A stretch of DNA of 64,000 nt from Amphiscolops sp. MND2022 (Eukaryota): contig OZ076409.1 of NCBI GenBank assembly GCA_964187785.1, positions 27,592,001 through 27,656,000 of the forward strand, given 5' to 3'. Made by a program: the position numbers and the translations under genes. The stretch's first letter is position 1. Every line of letters begins with the position of its first letter. Below, piece after piece: positions 38,301 to 50,180 of the stretch. The notes under the pieces are model-generated. The model had not been told where the DNA came from and ran no database searches. It saw only the letters and a list, made by a program, of their open reading frames with translations.

Positions 38301-40496
38301 ACGCCAAAACAGGAGGAAGACGAACCAGACTACTTTCCTCCTAGCGAAACACTGAGACAGAAGAGGTCACACGATGCTAAACCGATGAAAGTGATCAACT
38401 CTGAGACAGTGACGATCAATGATGGCAAACCGATGAAAACAGTTGACGTAGCGACGACAGCCGGTGACGATGACGAAACGATGAACTACGTACACTCCAC
38501 ACCACTGGCCTCTGAGAATGATCACACAAGCTCCCCTCAGATTTACCAGCTAATGACTGACGCTCACCTACCAGGGTACCTTAGATTCATCGTAAAAACA
38601 TCGTTACTACACCCGGTAACGAAGGAAGTTAGCCCCCCAGGGGGAGTCTATCTAATTTTAACCCAAAAAACGAATAGTGACATTCAACTTATGTTAAAAA
38701 TTTTGTCTGGCGAAACAACTTTGACCCACTCTGTGAACTTGATGTCAACGTTTTTCCAAAAACTTCACTAAAACAGAAAACGCCTTGAAAATGTAAACGG
38801 AGTTCTGTACCGTATCTTTTATGACCATACTGGCCTTGAGTCCCATAAACAAATCGTCGTACCTGATCAAGTGATGTTAGAAATAATCAGGTCCTTACAC
38901 AGTAACACTGTACAGGGACACCCCGGTTCTAAAAAGATGTCACATGAACTACGCCAACGATACTACTCTCCAAGTCTTGCTGAAAAAACACAAAAAATAC
39001 TCGAAAGCTGTGAAACTTGCATGCGATCGAAATCGACGAACGAATCAAAGATCCGTCCACCGGTACAGAAAATATACGACCCGTGTAACGGCCCTACTGA
39101 TCTGATGGAAGTTGACATAGTCGGACCACTGCCTGCATCAAACGGATTCACACATATCCTGACCGCAGTCGACGTATTCTCGCGTTATTTGTTTGCTGTA
39201 CCGCTACGAAAACCCGATACACCATCCGTCGTTAATGCTCTACTGTCGGTATTCGCCAAACACGCGTACGTCCCAACGCATATCCTGACTGACAAAGGAT
39301 CCGTGTTCACTGCCGAATTATTCCAACAACTGCCCAAAGCCATTGGCATTGAAATCTCCCATGCAACTATAAAACATGCACAAACCATAGGAATGGTTGA
39401 GAGAAGTCATGCAAAACTTTAAAAGATCCTAAAAATACATGTGAATGTAGACAGACCTCAATGGGACCGCTATGTCGACATAGCAATCATGGCCCATAAC
39501 ACAACGTACCACACTTCTCTGAAATGTTCACCAACTGACATCTTTCACGGACGCACTCCATACAACGCTTTGGACCTAAAATACTCTAACCCTGAAAGAC
39601 GATTCGACACCAAGTTCGGAGACGTCAACCAGATCCCAAACCGCATGAACGAAATCTACCGAAACAACACAGACAACATAGTAGCTGCATACCACAAGTA
39701 CAAAGCTTATTATGACAGAAAAGCCAAAGCACAACCGCTCAAAGTGAACGACCTTTTTTTCCTACTTGACCCCAAATACGACTCTCAGGGTTGCAAAGAA
39801 GAGTTCGAGACCTTCCACTGGAAAGGTCCGTTCAAAGTGATGAAAGTGCTGTCCGACAGTAACTACATCATACGAAAGGTAGGAACGTTCAAATCACAAT
39901 GCGTTCATCGTATACGACTGAAAATGTTCAAACCAGAGTTCCCTGTAGAAGACGTGGACATCAATAACCAACCAGTATACGCTGACACGGACCGAACGAA
40001 AGGTTCTGATATTTTCGATCCCCACATTCCATCACAAACAAAATTAAACTCGGACGAACCAGAAACTGATGAAGAAACACCAGTTGAAAGAGTCATCCGA
40101 TTCAAATTGCCAGATTATCGGCAGGCAATCAAACACGACAGACCATTGAATCGACTACCGAACCGACTGTCGTTATCACCACAACCGGAAATAATCATAG
40201 ACGACCTGCCCCGAAACGCCCCACAGGTACAATTCAATGAAAATTATGAGATAAATCTACAGGAAATCACTCAAGATACAGCAAAACAGCCAGAACCATC
40301 AACAAAACCTGCCAACACCGAGACACCCCAACAGGTGAACGACGACGAAACGCCAAATCTGATAGCAACGAGGACAAATAAAAGCAAATATAGTCTACGC
40401 GAAAATCCTCAGCCGAAACGCTACTCAGACTTCCTAATTCATGAAATCTCAATTGCTCGAAGCGCCCTACGCAAAACAAACACTACTCTGCAGTAG
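35320..40496 (+). pseudogene. pol: pol of element C (protease, RT, RNase H, integrase), -1 frame relative to gag, with a frameshift near 37730 and stops at 38769 and 39420
   Basis: Protease LFDTGA; RT QYVDDI; RNase H MCDAS..AKEFLA..MTDN; integrase GHPG..CETC, VDIVGP, VDVFSRY, LTDKG, VER. Confidence 0.94.
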
Positions 40497-40499
40497 AAA

Positions 40500-41840
40500 A
40501 CGATAGAAAAAACATGTAAACGACAATCTCACATCAAAACGATGGTTAAATAACACCCCATCGTGAAGAAACAGTGAAATTACCAGAAACGATGTAAAAC
40601 CGATGGAACATTTCCATCGGCACCACATCGCTTCCAGAAACACGTAAAATTCAAGTGAGTTTAACGATGGCTCACATCCATCGTTTTCTCATCCCAACCT
40701 TCTCTCTGACCACGCCACTAAAACAATCTGAGTTTCCATAACCTCTCTTTTGATAATTCGTAGGCTTTGCCTCGTGTCAACATCTGATTAGCGACCCTCC
40801 GTTGAGGAAAACTTGATTACCAATAGCTGGATGGCAAGTAGACAAACCATCGCAATTGGCTGAAAATTTATCACAACACGATGTAAAAGAGATGGAATTT
40901 CTCCATCACTTCTACATCTCCCGTCTCTCTACAATTACCTTCAGTAAAGAAAAAAAATCCTCAATCGTCAACAAACCATAGGCCCCGCCCTGGGTTGACC
41001 TTCAGTTCAATACTCCCCTAATTGAGGACACCGAAAAGATACAACTGCTATTCAAACTGCTAACGCATCAACAGACACACGCCGATGAAAAAACGATAGA
41101 AATCTTTCATCGTTAGTTCATCGCTTCCACTCCCCAACGCAAAATTAACTAGTTATCAGTCGACGATGGAAAAACGATGAAAATGTTTCATCGTTATCGC
41201 ATCGTCGCATAGTTCGTCGAACAACCTTAACAAACTCATCGCCACGATGACAAAATGATGGAAAACCTCCATCGTTTCACACAACTCTTGAAGAACGCAC
41301 GAAAATCCACCCTGAAGGAAATAAAATGGAAATCTTTCATCGGTTACTCATCGCTTCTAGAATTTCCACCTCAAATGAACCAACTCTCAGTCAACGATGA
41401 TGGAATGATGGATGTACTCCACCGTTCTACTCACCTTTACATATCTCAACGCCAAAACCCACTCAAGCCTCTGTATCGATGCCTACACGATGAAAATACT
41501 TTATCGCGTACACATCATTCCGAAAAATTAACATGAAACTCAGGCTATTCATGCAATTCAAAATACATGTAATTTTCACGCACGCGAGTACAACAACAGT
41601 CACGATGTATAAGAGATGGAGTTTCCCCATCACCAAATCACTGGTAACAACCTAACATGAAAACTACCTAAGTCTCGTAACCTACACTTCGAATACATGC
41701 AACTGAGCCCGGCGATGAAAAAACGATGAGAATGTTTCATCGTTTACTTATTATCCAAAGGTTTCATACTAAATTACACACAAACGCAATTACAGATGAA
41801 ATAACGATGGAAATGTTCCATCGCCCTCTCATCTCCCTCA
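40500..41840. repeat. Array of 41-bp four-half-site palindromic motifs CGATG-n6-CGATG-n9-CATCG-n6-CATCG
   Basis: Perfect copies at 40590-40630 and 41164-41204. Near-perfect copies at ~40879, 41083, 41246, 41604, 41713 and 41794, and in the LTR at 33054 and 33144. Confidence 0.85.
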
Positions 41841-42066
41841 TCGGCTCGCCTACCAACTAACTTCTATCTTATAGCACATGAAAACTCTAACTAAATGTTC
41901 AATTCAGAAAAACACTAATAACTTTCGCACAAGTACAAAAAAAATAAAAACAAACAACTATAGCCAAATCCCAACACAAATGTTAGTGCTTCGCACTCTC
42001 TAATAATCGTGTACATACTCAATCAAAGTTAAAACAACGAATAAATAAGTGTGAAATAAATAGTTT

Positions 42067-45000
42067 TCAAAATCGATGCTCTCCACCAATTTCCAGACTC
42101 TCAGCCCTTCCTCCATCCGACGTGAAACCTAACCGCTCCAAAACTGCACCACGATACCCATCAGGAGACTCTCTGCCGATTTCATCCCACAAACTGCCTA
42201 TCGTGACGTTTCGCAAATCTTCCGCTCTTCCAATCACTTCGCTACTTTCCATCACTAATCCATCAGGAATACTCTGTAGACCCCGCACATTTCGGGCCTC
42301 ACACCAACTGAGAATTGTCAGGAAAATACTTCTCAGGGACTCTGAAGATAAAGTTGGCAAGCAAATATTGACCATCTGAACACTTTGAATTACACTGCCG
42401 CTCAAACATAACGACAGCTGCATCATCCGCTGCAAATTAGCATCGTTAGTACCATACTGCAACAACTCCCTATCATGGACATCCGATGCATACTCACTCG
42501 TATGGTCATCTCGAAATTGTCTGACAAATTGTACATAAGATTCAGACATCGCAATCCTTTCTTCTTCAGCTATAACTCCATTTCCCTCTAGAGCCTCAAG
42601 AAAGTAGCCAATGGTTTCCTGCATTTCATTGACACTTCCGCGTCAGCACATCAGGACACCAACATGCTAGGGCCATATTGACTTGATCAGAAATCTGTGG
42701 CATCCGTAGCAAGTTCATAGCAATGGTAATCAGGAACTCCTCAACAACGGTAACTGCCGCTCGATACTCCCCCCCCACAAGCATAACAGGCGCGATGAGC
42801 TTCGAAAGTCCGATACAACTGCGACTCTCTCGCTGCACTTAACCGTAGATCAACTACTTGAAAACCAGCCCAGCGGTGCATCTCAAATGATTCCGGTACT
42901 GTCGCAGGTTGAGCAACCATCAAACAAAGCTCTCGGACGGTACTCAGCAATTCATTGACCCCATACAATCCATGATGCATACTTCCACTGAAAGTCTGTT
43001 TCATGTTCTTGAGTACTAAAACAAAACGATTAGAACACAACACGTCAATGACCAGATGCTATTCCGATGTACACTGTATAACAACGTCCTCACCTAGTAC
43101 AGACCTAACAAATGACTCGAAATAGTATTTCCACGCCACCTGATATTTTTCCGATGATAACTATAGACAGTTTCCCCCAACCCCCACATAACACGACGTA
43201 TAATCGATTAAACCTGTATAAACGTAATTACATGTAACAAAAGCAAAATCTAACCAATAGAGTATACCACTCCCTTAGCATGCAATTTCAAAGCTAGCCC
43301 TGGTTCCTGCAAGATTAATAATTCCATCCGATTGGGATCTACACTTCCTCCCAACTGGTCAAGACGCTGTATCAACGCCACAAGACTGTCCCACGACTTA
43401 TGTAACTCCTCCAGGACAGATACAATCTCCCAATTAGAGATTTCACGGGCTACGACACACTGAAATAAAACACATTACTTACACACCTCACTTCAAGTTT
43501 CCATGACAACCACCACGTCTTCCCAACTCCACTAGTCTTGCCGAACCAAAACCAAATATATGAACTCACTGACATGCAGCAAAACAGGACATCTGCGTAA
43601 CACAGGATCCGTCAAACAATCGCGAAGCTTCCCCAGAAGAAAGTTCATCACCACATGAGTTTCCTGCCCGACGAACACAGACAATCCAGCCGTTGTGATA
43701 ATCTGCAATACGGCATGCAATTGTAACGGATTCAGCTGCAACCCGCGTCGGCCGCCATCTCCTTCTAACAACCCTCCAACAGTTGAGAGACATCCACAAC
43801 TGATCCCCACTGGGACAAAGTCATCCACCACACAACTCCAGCAGTCCGCGAGCCACTCAGACACTCGCCTCTCCCAGTCGCCAGTAGCTACGACCTCAAA
43901 CAAGACCACACCCTGCACTGCATCTGCCTCAGCCACACTGACAGAGTAACGAACGACACTCCTACCCAACTCCAGGTATAGTCCAACAGGATTTTCACCA
44001 TATAGCGAAGCTGCGAGTGTGCGGACGACATAAGGCCACACTCCGAAGATCAAAAGCGCCTGGAAAAGGTAAAAACATATTCCAAATCACCAATCAGCCT
44101 CACGACAATAGCACACAAAATACCCCCTCAGAACCTAGACCATTTCCCCGTCTATAGACACAGCATGAAGGTCATTAGGAAATTCCAAACATGTAATACC
44201 AAGTATACATGTAATTTATGAAACATAATTACCACTACAACTTCCTTCCGGCATCCGCCACCGAAAAGACTTCTATACGACACGTCCGTCGTAGCCAAGG
44301 AGTCCCATAAGCTGGTAAGGTCCGTAACGTCTCCACCTCGATAGAGCGCGTCAACAACTACGCAAAGAAACATTCTAAGGCTGCGCTCCGTATCAGGCAC
44401 CTCCTGCATGGTCGAACTCCAGATACTTCCACCTCCGGACTCAATCCGAAATACGTCCTGCACTGACAACGAAGGACACACCTCGACGTCTGGGAGAGAT
44501 AGCCCGCGTAACTCCTCCACCATCTGAGCTGCTTCTGCAACTCTCATCACAGCACCGGTTGGCCTTCGTAGCAACAGTCCACGCCGTAGACGCACTAGGC
44601 AATCCAGTTTATGATGTATCACACCGCGACTGCTGACCTTCAGATCGCAACGGCATAGAAGGCACCGGACATACGCATCGGACGATTGATGCTCCCGAGC
44701 AAAACCAAGTGAAATTCCTGCATAAGGGTGCAGAAACCAGGTCGCTTTAATGCTATTCAATGCCACTGAAACAAACCAGATGGAAAACCGATGCAACCAC
44801 CCTACTGACCGCAGGACAGAAGGGACTTCAGTTCTAAGTAACTATAACGATGAAAAAACGATGTTTCAACTGCATCAGTTGAAGAAAACTCCCACGATGC
44901 AAAAACGATAAAAACTCTGAAAACGAAAAAATGAAAAAAACGAAAGAACAACATCGAAAAAAACCTAAATAATCGATTAAGTAGTCAAGAAAACTGAAAA

Positions 45001-45922
45001 CTTGGAAAACAGTGAATCACATGATCGATGAAGGTGTTTAGTTTACCTGCCCGAACTGGTCGACTACCAACAGCAGACGACGAAGGAACAGATGAATCCA
45101 AGATGGAAGCCCCCGTCTCACCCACAACGGAAACACTTTTAGAGGGCCTCACGACATCTTCAGCTACATCAAGGTTCATCTCCTCTGACTCCCTCTGCTC
45201 ATTATCAGAGACCGCCCCGATGCTGTCTGAAACCTCAGAAGGAGACCCAATCGCAAACTCGCGACGCGTTTGGGTAGCAACGTCACACGGTAGCTCAGTC
45301 ACTTCACGTCCACAACACAGACACCAGATGTCGAACGACAGGGCTAGCAACTGACTGCACCTCACGAGGGACTGAAAGTAACAACATTCATCGTTCTTAC
45401 ATCGCTACCACAATCACGATGAGAAACCGATGACACTCTTGTAACCAGCATATACCCGCTAACAGAGCTAGCCAAGACCGACAATACACATAAATTGACT
45501 CACTGGCACTAGCAAGCTCTTCTCTCACGGTACTACGCAATTACCCATCGTACCACCCCAAGGACAAAGAACCCAGTGGTTGTTGCAAAGGAGTGTAAAC
45601 TGAAATAACATGACGATTGATTGATGATGGATACCCGATGGAATTGATGAACAGACGGAATATGACTCACATTGGGAATACATGGGCACCAACGGATGAT
45701 GCGATATGGGAGATTGGACCGTCGTGATTGCTCCCACACCAGTGAGTTCTGCATAGACTCTTGGGCTCCCAGACCCGGACGGCGTCATTCTTTCTTCAGC
45801 AGCTAAATAAAGTGTAACATCAACAACACGCGTGCCCAAAAACCTGAACTGGTATAACGATGGAAATTCGATTACTCACTCAGTACATTCATCTCGTCAA
45901 TTGACTCTCGATTGTCAGACAT
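42067..45922 (-). pseudogene. Antisense spliced accessory gene of C (divergent homologue of the A and B genes)
   Basis: Finger exon YVRCLLCRCDLKVSSRG ends at donor 44232. Introns at 44232-44060, 43573-43460 and 43254-43214 match A/B positions. C-terminal ALACWCP...ESYVQFVRQFR...NLQRMMQLSLCLS aligns with A and B. Several stops and frameshifts. The 5' exons (44985-45922) are tentative. Confidence 0.72.
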
Positions 45923-46868
45923 CGTGACGATAGAACGATTGCAATCTGAAATAATAGAACATGAATGAAGGTAGATAATTAATGCGCATTCAATTTGACG
46001 AAACGAATCATGAATAAACGACAAATATGATGGCCTGATCAACCGTGATATGACACCGATTTATCTCACAGATTCAAAGGAACAAACAACGTTTCGACTA
46101 CATCTAACAATGTCAAGCCAAAAAGAAGAAAAATCTGACAAAAATTCTTCAAGATTGATGCAAATTCTTTATCTCCTTCCACCAGCTAGCAGAGGAAACT
46201 ACGGTTTGACTACAATTATTTACTCAAAATTCAGTGAAAATCTTCTCAAAGTATTAGATGCAGCTGCCAGCGTCGTTAGCAATTTGAATGATTCACACAC
46301 TCAGCGGAAAGAAGCACTCGAAATTGAGGCTACATTGTTGACTTAATGACTAAGTACAAAAACTGAACGTTTCCTCCTCGCACACAGTTTGAATTCCTAC
46401 CGCAACCACTCGTTCAATATTACGTCATTTTTCGTTCACGCTTGTTATAAAATTCCAACCACAGTCCATTCAACTTCTTTAACATGTTGTTTCACTCTCT
46501 TTGATGAACCAAACAATAATGAATTCATCTCCGCCAACCCACCCCAGTTATAAAACGAGATTCTACATCCACTCCTGACAACCAAAGATGCCGATCCGCG
46601 GACAATCGACGGTCCAAGAACTAGAACTGACGCGTCCAAAATTTAACCGATATAACCAAGTTCACAGCCGATATTAACCCGGTGAAAGATGTCTCCTTCT
46701 CAGAGAAGATACAAATGAGACAAAACCAACGAAGGCACCAAACAATTGAGAACCAACGAAGGCAATTCCCCTGAGACCAACGAAGGAAAATGTCAAAGCC
46801 TACGCTGCGACAACCATCCTCTGCACATTTGGCCCCTGCGCTCCCCTTCCAAATCCCTCCCCCGGGAG

Positions 46869-48640
46869 TGTCATGCCAGCATGATGGAAATATATTCTAC
46901 TAAATATCTGTAATGTAAATAATATGTCTTATGTACTTAAATATGGGCAATATGATGTCATATAATAAGATCTATAGTTGTGAGCAACCCTACGTTACAT
47001 GTACCTAACTCCCTATTTCCCAGTGAGATTTGAGCTATTTATCTATTTAATACTGAGCATTCTAGTTCCGTTTGTCCGCAATTCATGATCGTGCTAATAA
47101 GTAAATGATGCTACTTTATATTTTAAATGGCTTGTCACGAGAAGAGAAAGTAGTTTCTCGGTCAAACTGGACCACCATAACGAATAGACGAGAATGACAC
47201 TCGCTAGGGAACTCCCGCCTCAAAGGAATCTAGCGCGACAAGCCTCCTCTCTTTGAAATACACGAAACGATAAAATAACGATGTTATTGGTGCTAGAACT
47301 CATAATTTAACTCAATCTAACAAGCTTCACCCATAATACATCGTCTAACCGTGACCAGAACGCCAGAAAACGAGAAAATTGAAAAACGATGTAAAAGCAA
47401 TGAAACTACTTGATTGAATACTTGTTGCCATATGTTTCATCATTTGTGCATCGCTCACGCTTCCAAAACCTGAAAACAGTGCTAAAATAGCTAACGATGG
47501 AAAAACAATGGAAATCTTTCATCGTTTTCTTGTCTATAGCTAAATCACGCTTCCAAGACCTGAAAACAGTGCTAAAATTGAGAACGATGGAAAAACGATG
47601 GAAATCTTTCATCGTTTTCTCATCTATAGTCAAAATTCACCTATATTGATGATAAAGCGATGTAACTACTCCAGAACTATATGCAGTGCTCCCCCCACAA
47701 CTCATTCCATCGTTTTCACATCTAGTTGATCGCTTTAACACTAGAGCGAAGCTCATTCACCATTCCTGCATCCGCAGCCACACAAACAGAATCAACTAGT
47801 GAAAACGATGCCGAAACGACAAAACTACTGAATCCCGTATCTCCAGTTAACTTAGCGCTATTGATTCATCGTTTTTACATCACATTTGTTTAAAATTGAT
47901 TTAATCGATCCCCCGTTAGATTGTACCCCAGTTTGATGTAATTTCGACACTTGCCGTGACTCAGACGGTGCCTATTACAAGTTGCTAATTTGAATGCATT
48001 AAATATTCATAGTAATTGGTTTAAATAGATTAAGCGCGCAATTTCAATTGGTAACCCTCCAGCGACATGCAGTACAACCGGTAACGTGACCAAGTGCTAA
48101 TTAGCACCTTGCTAACCAACCAATGAGAACGAAAAACGATGGTAAGAATTGAGTCTTACCATCGAGCTGGAGGTAGGCTACCTCAGAGACACAAGATAAC
48201 TAACGCTACATTGTACAAGTACTTGTATTACTCATCCTTTATACGTATCTTACTCCAGATTTTACAACAATTCAGCTCTTATCCGCAATAGTCATCTCTT
48301 CTCCATCATATGAGTTCTGATTCCCAAATAACATTAAGAAACGGGAAAACAATAACTTGTACTACTTCAATAAATTCAACGAGACCTACTCACGAAGAGG
48401 AAACTGTTAACATGGAAAATAACATTGAAAACGTGAATGAACAAGCCCAGTCAGGACAAAATTCGTCGAATTCTGAGATAGATTCTCAGAGGGTCAATGA
48501 CGAAAGGTTTAGCCACTTACAGTCAGAAATGTCTATGCTGGAGGCCATGATGGAAAAGTTGCTAGAACAAAACGAAGAGAGAAATAGACAAACGGATGCC
48601 AATGCCGCGGCATCTTCGTTCGCGGTACGGTCGTCCAACA
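46869..48640 (+). repeat. 3' LTR of element C
   Basis: Direct repeat of the 5' LTR, preceded by CCCGGGAG. Confidence 0.97.
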
Positions 48641-48681
48641 TATATGTGCATTGGCATCAAAATCGTATGGCTGGGATGTGA
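48310..48681 (+). CDS. LTR copy of the Gag N-terminal 110 codons fused to 13 codons of flank
   Basis: Nearly identical to the start of 33869..35356 up to ..VRSSN, then diverges at the LTR end. Confidence 0.7.
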   Translation: MSSDSQITLRNGKTITCTTSINSTRPTHEEETVNMENNIENVNEQAQSGQNSSNSEIDSQRVNDERFSHLQSEMSMLEAMMEKLLEQNEERNRQTDANAAASSFAVRSSNIYVHWHQNRMAGM

Positions 48682-49246
48682 GAAACATAGCCAAAATTAG
48701 CCCAAAAATGGTCAAAAAACAGCCATTTTTCGACTTTTTTCGATTTTCTCAAAAACTGTCCATACGATTCGAACGAAATTTTCTACAGTTTTTCTACACC
48801 ACATTAGAGTCCTATATGTGCAATGGCATCAAAATCATATGGCTGGGATGTGAGGAACATGGCCAAAATCAGCCCAAAAATGGCCAAAAAACAGTCATTT
48901 TCCGATTTTTTTTGATTTTCTCAAAAACTGTCCATACGATTTGAACGAAATTTTCTACAGGCATTCTAAACCATATTATGGTCTTTTTTGTGCAATTTCA
49001 TTAAATTCGTATGGCTGGGATGTGAGAAACATAGCCAAACTTAGCCCAAAAATGGCCAAAAAAACAGTCATTTTTCGACTTTTTCGATTTTCTCACAAAC
49101 TGTTCATACGATTCGAACGAAAGCGAGTCAGAAAGAAAAAGACTTAAGCCGACTCGTTTACCGCATATGCGGCTCTGGTTTGACTTTAGATATTATTCCC
49201 GCTGTATGCTATTTTAGTTACTAGTAGCTATATAAATTAGTCAAGT

Positions 49247-49520
49247 AATCAAAAGGTGGAGATTGTGGAGATTTGGCAAAACTTGTAGAAAAAAACGCGG
49301 CACAGATCATGATTTTCCTCCCCCATTTATAAAATGTGGGGTCAGAAAATAAAAAAAACGCGTCACAGATCATGATTTTCCTCACCCATTTATAAAATGT
49401 GGGGTCGGAAAATAATAATCAAAAGGTGGAGATTGTGGAGATTTGGCAAAATTTGTTAAAAAAAGGCGTCACAGATCATGATTTTCCTCCCCCATTTATA
49501 AAATGTGGAGTCGGAAATTA
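49247..49520 (+). repeat. Local tandem duplications
   Basis: cacagatcatgattttcctc.ccatttataaaatgtgg occurs three times and aaaaggtggagattgtggagatttggcaaaa twice. Confidence 0.8.
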
Positions 49521-49879
49521 AAAACAAATATGGCCGACATGACAGGCACTTGAAATTTTACAGGAAGATAAAAAAGCAACCAAAGAGGGCCCCGGCAGCA
49601 GCTTCCAGAAAAAAATACAAAATCCACCTCGTGAAAACCCTGAGGAGACTGAAAGTGACAACAGCGACGGGAAGAAACGTCTAGAAATGCCAAAATCACC
49701 CTCTTACGCCAGAAAACCCAGACACTGCAGTGCGTGCTTTATCCGGTATGCAGTATCACGTAAGTCAAGTCAAAGTCTCGGTAAGGCTTTGATTCCATGT
49801 TTCATGGCAGTAATTTCCTTAAGCGTGCATTTTTTCACGTATTTGGAGATCCCCATTTTAGATCTTTTTTCCGGAAATT

Positions 49880-50180
49880 CAACGTATTTCAGCTAACTGC
49901 AGTTTTGGACCTCGAGAGTATGTAGGAAGTCGCAGGAACCCTAGGAATGGTTCTTACGGGGGACTTAGGGCTTGTGGGACGTGGCCGGGCTTTGAGAGTG
50001 CCGGCACGTCCCCTCGGAGCTCTAACATGTGGAGCCTCCTTGACGTTTGAAAAGTCACCATAGGAGACCTTTTTCGGGAGAAAAACTAGTCTTCAGGCTT
50101 GTTGTAAGACAATGGTCTACTATTTAGGCAATCTAGGCACTGACCCAGATCTAGGATGTACGCTGCTAGCTTGACGTTGC
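49880..50180 (+). repeat. Dispersed repeat, copy 1 (homologous to ~60920-61220)
   Basis: Shared blocks ttttggacctcg..agtatgtaggaagtcg, ctttgagagtgccggcacgtc, ggagcctcct and aaaaactagt. Confidence 0.8.

Larger units (their letters stand above)
32428..48640 (+). mobile_element. Gypsy element C: structurally complete (16.2 kb), 5-bp TSD TATAT
   Basis: Two 1772-bp TG...CA LTRs. TATAT at 32423-32427 and 48641-48645; removing the element restores the host repeat unit gagtcctatatgtgca. Confidence 0.97.
31931..49180 (+). mobile_element. Helentron/DINE-1-like non-autonomous element with ~172-bp tandem core, interrupted by Gypsy C (segments 31931-32427 and 48641-49180)
   Basis: 5' end TTTTAGGAGTCGG with an adjacent partial inverted repeat. 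3' end CCGACTC followed by the hairpin CCGCATATGCGG and CTCTGGTT. A second uninterrupted copy lies at 50611-51605. Confidence 0.7.

Noticed and set aside
46050..46346. 98-aa ORF as the ORF-X of element C
   Set aside because: It lacks the CxxC/TTY-GE motif. Only a short GVS..DGN.FY remnant at the PPT resembles ORF-X.
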